A DNA stretch of 64,000 nucleotides, from NCBI GenBank assembly GCA_903885665.1, contig CAISJL010000064.1, positions 81,268-145,267 on the forward strand, read 5' to 3'. Source of the stretch: an uncultured beta proteobacterium. GTDB lineage: Bacteria > Pseudomonadota > Gammaproteobacteria > Burkholderiales > SG8-41. This document shows, one piece after another, positions 1 through 9,675 of this stretch (positions within the stretch are counted from its first letter, which is position 1; each line of letters begins with the position of its first letter). Both the position numbers and the translations under genes were made by a program. Below the pieces are notes generated by a model. It was not told the origin of the DNA and did not search any database. It saw nothing but the letters and a program-made list of their open reading frames with translations.

Positions 1-636
1 CATGAAGACGTCGGTCACACCGACAGAGATATTGAAGTTGGTGAGTTCGCCCTTGTCTTTAGCGTGAATGAACTCCTCGATATCCGGATGGTCGCAGCGC
101 AATACCGCCATTTGTGCGCCTCGTCTGGATCCGGCAGATTCAACGGTTTCGCAAGAGCGGTCAAAGACCCGCATATAAGAGACCGGACCGCTTGCGCTCG
201 ATTGCGTGCCTTTGACCGCAGCCCCTCTTGGTCGAATCGAGGAGAAGTCGTAGCCTACGCCGCCACCGCGTCGCATAGTCTCGGCAGCTTCTTGTAACGC
301 AATATAGATGCCTGGTCTGCCATCGACGACTTCGGAGATTGAATCACCAACGGGTTGAACAAAGCAATTAATTAATGTGGCTTGCAGTGCAACACCTGCG
401 GCAGAGTTGATTCGACCTGCTGGAATGAAACCATCTTCTTGTGCTTTGAGGAAACGTTTCTCCCATGCCGCGCGCTGCTCTTCAGGTTCGGCTTGTGCTA
501 AGGCGCGGGCTACGCGTTGACGTACATCACTGATGCTAGATTCAGTGCCTTTAGCGTATTTTTCAATGAGGATGTCTCGACTGATTTCTTGCGTGGATAA
601 ATCGACTGGCGTTGCGGTAATAGCGGCATCTAGCAT
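1..636 (-). CDS. nrdJ: Adenosylcobalamin-dependent (class II) ribonucleotide reductase, N-terminal 212 codons; the gene continues beyond the left edge
   Basis: Absent from the ORF track because no stop lies in the window. Reverse translation from the ATG at 636-634 stays open to position 1: [30 protein letters not shown]...[13 protein letters not shown]...[13 protein letters not shown]...[23 protein letters not shown]...[46 protein letters not shown]. These are typical NrdJ N-terminal motifs. Confidence 0.85.
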   Translation of the reverse strand, partial: MLDAAITATPVDLSTQEISRDILIEKYAKGTESSISDVRQRVARALAQAEPEEQRAAWEKRFLKAQEDGFIPAGRINSAAGVALQATLINCFVQPVGDSISEVVDGRPGIYIALQEAAETMRRGGGVGYDFSSIRPRGAAVKGTQSSASGPVSYMRVFDRSCETVESAGSRRGAQMAVLRCDHPDIEEFIHAKDKGELTNFNISVGVTDVFM

Positions 637-1033
637 GGCAGACCTTTTAGATGAATGGATGTGATCGGAATAGGGCTAATACTGTGCGTAGTAGGATTTG
701 GGGAGCGGGCTTGGGCTGCGCTCACGAAGGCTACGATAACCGTGAGTATGCGCCAGCTCTAAATAACGCGCAAAGTGTTGTTAATTTTATCGATTTGGAT
801 TTTGCAACATCTTGTTTTATTTGAACTTCTGTTTGCGACCTGCAGATAAACAAATCAGTAATTTGATCTTGACAAATCCATTATGCGGTATTGGGCGTGC
901 AGATGCTGAATCAACTTGCGATATTTCATACGAGCTAGCCTGTGATTCGCATTGACGATCGCGCTGGAATGATTTATTAAGATACGTTGCGTATTTATTT
1001 AATCTTAATGAACTAATTAGAAAGGACAGCATC

Positions 1034-1822
1034 ATGTATCAAACTATACAGTGGGACGTGCAGGATCATATCGGGGTGTTAACGCTCAATCGTCCAGAGC
1101 GATTAAATGCAATTGATAATGTCATGCGCGCCGAACTAGAGGCAGTGTTGCGCGGCGCTGAAAATGATGATGCAGTATGGACTGTGGTGGTGACTGGCAA
1201 TGGCCGTGGTTTTTGTTCGGGTGCTGATTTGAAAGCTCGCCATGAGGCTGAAAAAAATGGCCCGATGACTGCACCACCTCAGCCATTAATGGACGCGCGC
1301 TACTACTACGCGATTGCTTTTAGTGAGATGAATAAACCAGTGATTGCGGCGGTGAATGGTGTAACGCGTGGCGCTGGTTGTAATATGGCATTTGCTGCAG
1401 ATTTCAGGATCGCCAGTGAGCAAGCAAACTTTGGTTGTAATTTTGTTGAGCGTGGGTTGATGGGTGAGACATCAAGTTGGTTTTTACCGCGCCTCGTTGG
1501 ACAAGCAATTGCCGCAGAGATTTGTTTGTTAGGCGAGCCTTTTGATGCGGCTCAAGCTAAAGCTTGGGGTTTGGTGAATGCAGTAGTGCCTCATGCAAAG
1601 CTGATGGATGAAGCCATGGCTCTGGCAAGGCGTATTAATACTAAAGCACCACTAGCTGTGCGTATGACTAAAATGGCTTTGCGGCGCGCTTTTGATCATG
1701 GCGTTGGCCCGCATTTGGAAATGCAAAATAATATGAATCTAAAATTGCGTACTACTGCTGATACAGCCGAGGCCTTGCGTGCATTTATTGAAAAACGCCC
1801 GCCCGTATTTCGCGGCGAGTAG
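1034..1822 (+). CDS. Enoyl-CoA hydratase/isomerase (crotonase) family protein
   Basis: 262-aa ORF with crotonase signatures (VVVTGNGRGFCSGADL, AAVNGVTRGAGCNMA) and an AAAGGA Shine-Dalgarno before the ATG. Confidence 0.9.
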   Translation: MYQTIQWDVQDHIGVLTLNRPERLNAIDNVMRAELEAVLRGAENDDAVWTVVVTGNGRGFCSGADLKARHEAEKNGPMTAPPQPLMDARYYYAIAFSEMNKPVIAAVNGVTRGAGCNMAFAADFRIASEQANFGCNFVERGLMGETSSWFLPRLVGQAIAAEICLLGEPFDAAQAKAWGLVNAVVPHAKLMDEAMALARRINTKAPLAVRMTKMALRRAFDHGVGPHLEMQNNMNLKLRTTADTAEALRAFIEKRPPVFRGE

Positions 1823-1900
1823 GTGGTTTTTTTAGCAGCTGCTGAGAATCATACATACCCATGATGGGATTTTTAAAACTTCAGAACGAGAACGAGGCAC

Positions 1901-3631
1901 ATGGCGCAAGTTAAAACGGGGATGCGTAAAGGATTAACCGCATACGGTGATGAAGGATTTTCATTGTTTTTACGCAAAGCGTTTATTAAAGCGATGGGTT
2001 ATACCGATGATGCGCTTGATCGTCCAATCGTTGGTATTACCAATACCTTTAGTGGGTTTAATGCTTGCCATCGCAATGTGCCCGAACTCATTGAGGCAGT
2101 GAAGCGAGGGGTCATGTTGGCTGGTGGCTTGCCCGTAGAGTTTCCGGTAATTACTTTGCATGAGTCGTTTGCGCATCCCACCAGCATGTATTTGCGTAAC
2201 TTGATGGCCATAGATACTGAAGAAATGTTACGTGCGCAACCGGTTGATTCAGTCGTATTAATTGGCGGTTGTGATAAGACAGTACCCGCGCTATTGATGG
2301 GGGCTGCTAGTACTAATGTGCCTTCAATATTGTTAGTGACCGGCCCGATGATTACAGGTGATCATAAAGGTGAGCGCTTGGGAGCGTGTACCGACTGCCG
2401 GCGTTTCTGGGGTAAGTTTAGAGCTGGCGAGATTTCCGAGCAGGAAATTGGCGAGGTGAATAACAAGCTAGCGCCTTCTGCCGGCACATGTATGGTCATG
2501 GGTACTGCGAGTACGATGGCATTATGTAGTGAGGCTTTAGGGATGATGTTGCCTGGTGGTGCTTGCGTGCCTGCGGTCATGGCTGAACGACTCCGTCATG
2601 CTGAGGCTAGTGGTGCGCGCGCTGTAGCATTGGCTGCGGCGCGTTTAACGCCAGACAAAATCATGACGGTTGATGCCTTTGAAAATGCCTTGCGTGTATT
2701 GTTTGCTGTAGGCGGCTCTACCAATGCGATTGTGCATTTGGCTGCAATGGCTGGCCGCCTGGGTATTAAGTTGGACCTAGAGGCTTTTGATCAAATGGGC
2801 CGTGAGACGCCAGTTTTGGTTGATCTCAAGCCGACAGGTCAGGGTTATATGGAAGATTTGGATCGCGCTGGTGGCTTGGCGGTTATTTTGCGTGAAATAA
2901 AGCATCAATTACACCTTGATGCCATGACGGTAACCGGTCGCACGCTCGGTGAGGAGTTAGCGCAAGCCCCAGCGGCATGGCCGCAGCAAGTGGTGCGTAC
3001 GTTTAATGATCCAGTGTTTGCCGGCGGTAGTATTGCAGTGTTGCGCGGTAACTTGGCACCTGGTGGCGCCATTATTAAGCAAGCAGCTATGGATCCACGC
3101 TTATTAAAACATGAGGGACGTGCAGTGGTCTTTGAGTCGCTGGCCGACTTAGCTGATCGTGTGGATGATCCAAATCTTGATGTAATGGCCGATGATATTT
3201 TGGTGCTTAAAAATGCTGGCCCGCAAGGTGGTCCTGGTATGCCCGAGGCCGGTTATCTGCCAATTCCTAAGAAGCTTGCGGCGCAAGGGGTGAAGGATAT
3301 GGTTCGCATCTCTGACGCCCGAATGAGCGGTACGGCGTTTGGTGCAATTGTCTTGCATGTGACTCCTGAATCAGCCTTAGGGGGTAATTTAGCGTTAGTG
3401 TGCACTGGTGATCGCATTCAATTGGATGTGGCTGCGCGTAGCTTAATGCTTTTAGTGAGCGACTCTGAACTTGAGGCGCGTCGCGCGAAGTGGGTTGCGC
3501 CAGCGATACGTAGCGCGGATACGCGTGGCTATCGTAAGTTATATATGGATCAAATTACCCAAGCTGATGAGGGTTGTGATTTTCAGTTTTTACAGCCACC
3601 GATTACTACTCAAGCACCGCGTGCGCGATGA
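1901..3631 (+). CDS. IlvD/Edd-family dehydratase (dihydroxy-acid or sugar-acid dehydratase type)
   Basis: 576 aa with family motifs PIVGITNTFSGFNACH, IGGCDKTVPALLMGA and GTCMVMGTASTM. Confidence 0.9.
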   Translation: MAQVKTGMRKGLTAYGDEGFSLFLRKAFIKAMGYTDDALDRPIVGITNTFSGFNACHRNVPELIEAVKRGVMLAGGLPVEFPVITLHESFAHPTSMYLRNLMAIDTEEMLRAQPVDSVVLIGGCDKTVPALLMGAASTNVPSILLVTGPMITGDHKGERLGACTDCRRFWGKFRAGEISEQEIGEVNNKLAPSAGTCMVMGTASTMALCSEALGMMLPGGACVPAVMAERLRHAEASGARAVALAAARLTPDKIMTVDAFENALRVLFAVGGSTNAIVHLAAMAGRLGIKLDLEAFDQMGRETPVLVDLKPTGQGYMEDLDRAGGLAVILREIKHQLHLDAMTVTGRTLGEELAQAPAAWPQQVVRTFNDPVFAGGSIAVLRGNLAPGGAIIKQAAMDPRLLKHEGRAVVFESLADLADRVDDPNLDVMADDILVLKNAGPQGGPGMPEAGYLPIPKKLAAQGVKDMVRISDARMSGTAFGAIVLHVTPESALGGNLALVCTGDRIQLDVAARSLMLLVSDSELEARRAKWVAPAIRSADTRGYRKLYMDQITQADEGCDFQFLQPPITTQAPRAR

Positions 3632-4161
3632 GCATAAAAAAGCAACGATTAGGTATTGATCAGCCGTCTGCTCAATCGGTGACCAGTCGCTCAAGTCGGA
3701 TTAAGCCTGCTGTGTTGTTGCCTGCAGTTGTAGTGCGTCGATCGGTTGTTCACGGTCGTGGTGTATTTGCAGTGCATGCAATACCTAAAGGGTCTCGGAT
3801 TATTGAATACACTGGCGAGCGAATTTCCCACGCCAAGGCTGATCGCCGCTACAGTAAACAGCACGAGACTTCAGCACACACCATGTTATTTGCAGTCGAC
3901 GCCAATACGGTCATTGATGCTACCCAGATAGGTGGTCGGGCACGCTGGATTAATCACTCTTGTAAGCCCAACTGTGAAACGGTAGCTGAAGACGGGCGTA
4001 TCTTTATAGAGGCTATTCGACCAATCAGAGCGGGTCAGGAATTGTCCTATGATTACAATTTGATACTCGAAGAGCGGCATAGCCCGCAGCGTAAACGTGC
4101 GCACCCTTGTTATTGTGGTACTGCCGATTGTCGCGGTACTTTATTAGGAAAAAAACATTAG
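3628..4161 (+). CDS. SET-domain protein (putative protein-lysine N-methyltransferase) with a post-SET Cys motif
   Basis: 177 aa. SET core: VHGRGVFA...IIEYTGERI...RWINHSCKPNCE...ELSYDY. Post-SET motif: CYCGTADCRG. The ATG overlaps the upstream stop (ATGA at 3628-3631). Confidence 0.85.
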   Translation: MSIKKQRLGIDQPSAQSVTSRSSRIKPAVLLPAVVVRRSVVHGRGVFAVHAIPKGSRIIEYTGERISHAKADRRYSKQHETSAHTMLFAVDANTVIDATQIGGRARWINHSCKPNCETVAEDGRIFIEAIRPIRAGQELSYDYNLILEERHSPQRKRAHPCYCGTADCRGTLLGKKH

Positions 4162-4207
4162 CGTATTATTGTTGTTAAAGCAGTTCAACTGAAGTATTCA
4201 TACAGAA

Positions 4208-5569
4208 TTACTGATTGTTTTTTGATTCGCTGAGCGCGCGCACTTGGCGTGAAGCGATAATAGTGCCATGTTTGATGTGGGCTTCATGGTTGGCAATGAC
4301 ATGATCTAGATCGTAGAGGTAATTGACCATAAAGCTCGCCCCTTGGTTGATACCTTTGGTTGATATGTCACCAAGCCAGTGAATATTTTCAATGCTGGCG
4401 CCATTACCTAAGTGAAAACGAGCAACCGGGTCGGCGGGGCGCAAGCGATCTAATTTTTTTTCTAGCAAGTAGGTGCTGATATACCGCTCAAGAATAGGTC
4501 GCATCGGATGGTTCTTACAATTTGGATCTTGCCAATCAATTTCATTTAAAGCGTGTGCAGCAACTGAATTCCCATGTTGCTGGTGTAACCATCGTGTAAA
4601 TCCAGGGATGGGGGATAAAGTGACAAAGGTGCGTAACTGTGGAAAATCGCGCTGCAGTTCTGCGGCAACTTGTTTGATGAGGAAGTTACCAAATGAAACG
4701 CCTTTGAGTCCTTTTTGGCAATTTGAAATAGAGTAGAACACAGCAGTGCGGGCAGCGCTAGGATCGATCGGGGTTCGTTCTTCAGCCAGTAGTGGTGCGA
4801 TTGCATTCGGTGTGTGTTCAGTCAGTGCCACTTCTACAAAAATTAGTGGGTCATTGGCAAGCATGGGGTGGAAAAAAGCAAAACATTTGCGATCTGGCGG
4901 GTCGAGTCGGCGTCGAAGATCATGCCAGTCTGAGATCGCGTGCACTGCTTCATAGCGAATAATCTTCTCTAAAATGACTGCTGGTGTATTCCAGTCAATC
5001 GTTTGCATTTGTAGAAATCCGCGATTAAACCAGGAACGAAATAAATGTTCAAAATCAGCATCGACAGGATTGAGCTCAGGATGCGTAGCCAGCAGATTAA
5101 TAATATCTTCGCGCATCAGTAATAGTGCGGATATACCACTGGGGGCGAAATTGAGTCTGCGTATGACTTCTTGACGTCTAGACTGAGTGGCTTGATGGAG
5201 CTGTTGCGAAGTCTTGGCATTCGGTGATTGTTGATATTCACTGATTGCAAGATTAATGCGGGATGGTTCTGTTGAAAAACGTTTTTCGAGGGTGGTGAGG
5301 AAGTCAAGTTTTGCTGCGGGGGTGAGCTTGGCGTAACACTCTAGTATGCGACGGGCAAGAACAACGCCTGCAGCTTCCCCGATTTCCGAGTAGAGTGTTT
5401 CGCAGGCTTGGGCCAACCATTGTTGTTGGCGTCGCTCGTTTAAATGATGACCGTGTTTGGCGAGCCCTTGCCACAGACGCGAGAGAATGCCAGTCTGCGA
5501 CTGATTTGAGTCTTGCGCATCAGGGTTTGATGTATCAGCTTTTAATGCATCAATTTTCGACTTTGGCAC
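4208..5569 (-). CDS. Malonyl-CoA decarboxylase (MCD family)
   Basis: 453 aa. MCD-like helical N-terminal and catalytic C-terminal regions (FFHPMLANDPLIFVEVAL, TLSPIPGF, ARFHLGNGA). Confidence 0.85.
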   Translation of the reverse strand: MPKSKIDALKADTSNPDAQDSNQSQTGILSRLWQGLAKHGHHLNERRQQQWLAQACETLYSEIGEAAGVVLARRILECYAKLTPAAKLDFLTTLEKRFSTEPSRINLAISEYQQSPNAKTSQQLHQATQSRRQEVIRRLNFAPSGISALLLMREDIINLLATHPELNPVDADFEHLFRSWFNRGFLQMQTIDWNTPAVILEKIIRYEAVHAISDWHDLRRRLDPPDRKCFAFFHPMLANDPLIFVEVALTEHTPNAIAPLLAEERTPIDPSAARTAVFYSISNCQKGLKGVSFGNFLIKQVAAELQRDFPQLRTFVTLSPIPGFTRWLHQQHGNSVAAHALNEIDWQDPNCKNHPMRPILERYISTYLLEKKLDRLRPADPVARFHLGNGASIENIHWLGDISTKGINQGASFMVNYLYDLDHVIANHEAHIKHGTIIASRQVRALSESKNNQ

Positions 5570-6593
5570 CTGAAGCTTTCACGACTTTTCCCCAACTTTC
5601 AATTTCACTGGCAATGAATTTTTCAAACTCAGCAGGTGACTGTCCGCCGGCAGTGGCGCCAAGAGACGACCAGATGGTTTTGATTTCAGGTAGAGCAAGC
5701 ACTTTGGTAGTTGCTAAATGCATGCGGTCCATGATGGGTTTGGGAGTGCCTTTGATTGCCCATAGGCCATACCAAGTGGTGACATCGACGTTGATTCCTG
5801 ACTCTAGTAATGTGGGGACGTCAGGAAGCAGTTCGGAGCGTTTTGCTGTGGTGACTGCAAGCGCGCGCAAGCGTCCGGATTTGATATTGGGTGCAGCAGT
5901 GCCCATAGCATCGAACGCCATATCGACTTCGCCAGACATTAATGCCTGTGTCAGTGGACCTGCGCCTTTGTAAGGCACATGAATTAATTTGGTGCCGGTT
6001 ATCAAATTAAATAGTTCACCGTTCATATGGTGTGTTGTGCCGTAACCAGCAGAGCCATAATTAATTTTTCCGGTGCGTTTTTTTTCAATAGCAATGAACT
6101 CTTTGATATTACGAGCGGGAATTGAAGGGTGAATCACAACCGCGCTCGGTACGTAAGCGGCAACTGTGAGAGGAATGAAGTCACGCGTTAAGCTATAACT
6201 CAATTTGCGATAAAGGGTTTCAGCAATGGTGTGATGAACAGCGCCCATGAACCAGGTATAACCATCACCCGTAGCGCGAGATGCATTACCTGCACCCAAG
6301 GTGCCGCCTGCACCGCCAATGTTTTCAATCAGTACTTGTTGCCCTAGTTCTGCTGGCAGCTTGGCAGCAAGGGGGCGTGCAAATGCGTCTGTGCCACCAC
6401 CTGCCGGGAAGGGATTTATTATTTTGATAGCGCGCGTTGGCCAATTCGCCTGTGCGAGCACTGGTTCGGCTTGCATCAGTGAAAGAAGGCTTAGTGCTGC
6501 GCATAGCCTCCAACTAGAGAGACCAGGTAGACCTTTAGATCGTTTGGTGGTGGCGATATAGTTTTTGGAGTGATGCGTGTTAACTGTTGTCAT
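5550..6593 (-). CDS. Bug-family (TctC-like) tripartite tricarboxylate transporter substrate-binding protein
   Basis: Signal peptide followed by WPTRAIKIINPFPAGGGTD, typical of Bug proteins. I chose the second ATG (6593) because GGAGG lies 5 nt upstream; the ORF track starts at 6614. The stop overlaps the MCD start by 20 nt. Confidence 0.9.
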   Translation of the reverse strand: MTTVNTHHSKNYIATTKRSKGLPGLSSWRLCAALSLLSLMQAEPVLAQANWPTRAIKIINPFPAGGGTDAFARPLAAKLPAELGQQVLIENIGGAGGTLGAGNASRATGDGYTWFMGAVHHTIAETLYRKLSYSLTRDFIPLTVAAYVPSAVVIHPSIPARNIKEFIAIEKKRTGKINYGSAGYGTTHHMNGELFNLITGTKLIHVPYKGAGPLTQALMSGEVDMAFDAMGTAAPNIKSGRLRALAVTTAKRSELLPDVPTLLESGINVDVTTWYGLWAIKGTPKPIMDRMHLATTKVLALPEIKTIWSSLGATAGGQSPAEFEKFIASEIESWGKVVKASGAKVEN

Positions 6594-6873
6594 GGCGACC
6601 TCCTGTATGTGCATTGTTTTGATTATGCTGAAACTTCTGAGAACACTAAGAATAAAAGGTTATTATTGTTTGAATTAATTATTGTGGAGTAATTATTAAG
6701 AAATACTTTTTAACAAATACTTATTAAGAAGTAATTACTATGAAGCAATTGCTAATAATTGTTACTATGTATTACGACTCCGAGCTGGCATTATTTTAGG
6801 TGACTTAATGCTAGATGTATACAGTTTAGCTGTATTTCGCTATAAATGAGGACTTTTGCAAGGCCTAATTGCT

Positions 6874-7305
6874 TTAGGGGATGATGGCTTCAGATTGATT
6901 GCGCATCCAATCTGCAGTGCCAAAGAATGTTTGTAGCAGCCCAGTTTGTAGTTCTGGTGGCGTTTGTAATTGAACCATGGCTCGCTTCATGCAGTCCAAC
7001 CACAAGTCACGTTCAGTGATACCAATGGCGTAGGGCAGATGACGTGCTCTGAGCATTGGATGGCCATAGCGTTCAATATACAGTGCAGGGCCACCCAGCC
7101 AGCCTGATAAAAACAGGTAGAGCTTTTCTTTGGATGGGGTAAGGTCTTTTGGGTGGAGCTTACGAATGGGTAGGTATTGTTGATCGCTATCCATAATGCT
7201 GTAGAACGATTCAACAATCGCTTGCACACCTACTGCTCCTCCCAGTAGAGCAAAGGGGCTATTGGGGTCTGGAGCGGCTTTGTTAAGATTGTTAGGCTCT
7301 TGCAT
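6874..7305 (-). CDS. Group II truncated haemoglobin (GlbO/YjbI-like)
   Basis: 143 aa with a 2-on-2 globin pattern: FALLGG...FYSIM...LFLSGWLGGPALYIERYGHPMLRARHLPY.I...RD.WL.CM. Confidence 0.8.
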   Translation of the reverse strand: MQEPNNLNKAAPDPNSPFALLGGAVGVQAIVESFYSIMDSDQQYLPIRKLHPKDLTPSKEKLYLFLSGWLGGPALYIERYGHPMLRARHLPYAIGITERDLWLDCMKRAMVQLQTPPELQTGLLQTFFGTADWMRNQSEAIIP

Positions 7306-7367
7306 AGTGGTCTGTGCTTTTGGAGCAGCGACACCGCTCGTGTCGCTTTGTAGCTTAAAAGAGTGGT

Positions 7368-9194
7368 TTATTCAGCGCGAGCGGAACGCTTGCGTTCGTG
7401 TTCTTTGAGAAAGCGTTTACGAATGCGAATCGATTTTGGTGTAATTTCAACGAGTTCGTCATCAGTGATAAATTCGATCGCAGACTCTAATGTGACCTGT
7501 AATGGCGGCACTAGGCGCACTGCCTCATCGGTTCCTGATGCCCGAACGTTGGTTAATTGCTTACCTTTGATCGGATTAACCACTAAGTCATTATCGCGAC
7601 TATGAATGCCAATCACGATACCCTCGTAGAGGGGGTCGCCAGGGCTGACAAACATGCGGCCGCGCTCTTGTAGTTTCCATAATGCATAGGCAACTGCAGC
7701 ACCATCTTCAGCAGAAATTAACACACCATTGCGACGCTCTTCCATGTCTGGTTTGATTGGTCCGTAGTCATCAAATACATGACTCATAATGCCAGTGCCG
7801 CGAGTCATCGTCATGAAATCTGACTGAAAGCCAATCAAGCCGCGCGCAGGGATGCGATAATCTAGGCGCACTCTACCTTTGCCATCGGATTGCATGTCTT
7901 GTAAATCACCGCGGCGGGCGCCAAGCGCTTCCATGACTGCGCCTTGGTTGGTTTCGTCGACATCAACTGTCAACATCTCATACGGCTCTTGCTTCTCACC
8001 GGCTACTTCACGTAGCACAACCCGGGGTCTGGATACTGCGAGCTCGTAGCCTTCGCGACGCATATTCTCCAAAAGAATAGTGAGATGTAACTCGCCACGT
8101 CCAGATACTTCAAATACGTCAGCGTCTTCGGTTTCGACGACTTTAAGCGCAACATTACTCATGATCTCGCGATGCAAGCGTTCACGGAGTTGACGGCTGG
8201 TGACAAACTTCCCCTCACGTCCAGCTAAGGGTGAAGTATTCACTTGAAAGTTCATGGTTAAGGTTGGCTCGTCGACCTTAAGCATTGGTAGTGCATCTAG
8301 GCTATCGGTTGCACAGATCGTGACGCCAATACTGACCTCTTCTACACCATTGATTAATACAATGTCGCCAGCAATAGCTTCTTGCACGATGACGCGTTCA
8401 AGACCGCGAAAGCTTAATACTTGGTTAATCTTTGCAATTACAGGTGCAGAGCCCGGTCCTTTGAGCACTGCAACTTGCTGGCCTGGGCGAATACGTCCGC
8501 GATTGATCCGGCCAATACCAATTCTGCCTACATAACTAGAATAGTCGAGTGAGCAAATTTGTAACTGTAGCGGACCATTGGGGTCATCTTCCCGCCTTGG
8601 CACATAGCGAACAACTGCTTCAAATAAAGGATCTAGCGTGCCTTCGCGTGTATTAGGGTCTAAGCTAGCATACCCGTTTAAAGCTGAGGCATAGACGACA
8701 GGGAAATCAAGTTGCTCCTCGGTCGCTCCGAGCTTGTCAAATAGATCAAATGTTTGATTGACTACCCAGTCAGGACGCGCACCGTCACGGTCAATTTTAT
8801 TAATCACGACAATGGGTTTGAGTCCTAGCGCTAATGCTTTACGGGTCACAAAGCGAGTTTGCGGCATTGGGCCTTCAACTGCATCCACTAATAGCAATAC
8901 CCCGTCAACCATTGATAAGACACGCTCAACTTCGCCCCCAAAATCAGCATGTCCAGGGGTGTCAACAATATTGATATGAGTGCCTTGCCATTGCACTGCA
9001 CAATTTTTCGACAAAATTGTAATGCCTCGTTCGCGCTCTAGATCATTAGAATCCATGACGCGTTCGGTGACTTGTTCATGAGCCGCAAATGTGCCGGATT
9101 GGCGAAGCAATTTGTCGACAAGAGTGGTTTTGCCATGATCAACGTGAGCGATGATCGCGATATTGCGTAGGGGACGTTGCTGAGTGACTGACAC
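7368..9194 (-). CDS. typA: Translational GTPase TypA/BipA
   Basis: [23 protein letters not shown] and NKID G-motifs with an EF-G-like body. The GTG at 9194 gives a 608-aa product of the usual length; the ORF-track ATG at 9230 adds 12 atypical residues. Confidence 0.93.
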   Translation of the reverse strand: MSVTQQRPLRNIAIIAHVDHGKTTLVDKLLRQSGTFAAHEQVTERVMDSNDLERERGITILSKNCAVQWQGTHINIVDTPGHADFGGEVERVLSMVDGVLLLVDAVEGPMPQTRFVTRKALALGLKPIVVINKIDRDGARPDWVVNQTFDLFDKLGATEEQLDFPVVYASALNGYASLDPNTREGTLDPLFEAVVRYVPRREDDPNGPLQLQICSLDYSSYVGRIGIGRINRGRIRPGQQVAVLKGPGSAPVIAKINQVLSFRGLERVIVQEAIAGDIVLINGVEEVSIGVTICATDSLDALPMLKVDEPTLTMNFQVNTSPLAGREGKFVTSRQLRERLHREIMSNVALKVVETEDADVFEVSGRGELHLTILLENMRREGYELAVSRPRVVLREVAGEKQEPYEMLTVDVDETNQGAVMEALGARRGDLQDMQSDGKGRVRLDYRIPARGLIGFQSDFMTMTRGTGIMSHVFDDYGPIKPDMEERRNGVLISAEDGAAVAYALWKLQERGRMFVSPGDPLYEGIVIGIHSRDNDLVVNPIKGKQLTNVRASGTDEAVRLVPPLQVTLESAIEFITDDELVEITPKSIRIRKRFLKEHERKRSARAE

Positions 9195-9675
9195 GGGAGA
9201 GGACCTTAAAAAAGGGGCGAATTGTAGCATGCTTCGCAGTCGATGCCCGCTATTACCTTGAATATTTAGACTTTTTAGCTATTTTTTTAATTTGGAGGGT
9301 ATTTTTAACATTGTATTGTTGCAGTGCAATGCTCGGAGGGTTGCGAAGGTGCTTGTTAAGCGAATGACTTTTCAGTTTTGACCATGAAATTCTGTGTTTA
9401 ATGGAAAAAGTTAGCTATTTCAACAATTTGCGGGTATGATACCGGCACCTTGTAGCGATTTCAGAATTTTATTTCGTTTTAATGTGATGTTGCGTTGCAA
9501 GATGCATCTGTCCCTGACCCCTTCGATTTCAGCTCCCTTCCTTGAATAGCTGCTTCCGCCACGGTTAGCGACGATACCCGTGCGCCGGTGGCCGCAGCAG
9601 TGACTCTTTAGTCACTCGTCTGACAGCAGTGGTTAGTCCTGCGCGTTTTTGACGTTCGTTTTTCAGGAAATATTC

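Noticed and set aside
637-770. Possible cobalamin riboswitch in the nrdJ leader, since the enzyme is B12-dependent.
   Set aside because: No B12-box-like element (consensus roughly AGYCMGGAGACCKGCC) occurs on the coding strand. The only structure is a simple CTCACG..CGTGAG stem.
817-1035. 72-aa ORF in the nrdJ / crotonase divergent spacer.
   Set aside because: It has no Shine-Dalgarno sequence and an odd composition, and it overlaps the start of the crotonase gene on the opposite strand. It most likely lies in a promoter or leader region.
9649-9675. Upstream alternative-start extensions in the ORF track: helicase 9649, aroC 42739, leuD 46635, metZ 60933, Bug 14053 and 6614.
   Set aside because: The extensions begin at TTG or GTG, or overlap the preceding gene. 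Downstream ATGs have better Shine-Dalgarno spacing and give N-termini typical of the families.
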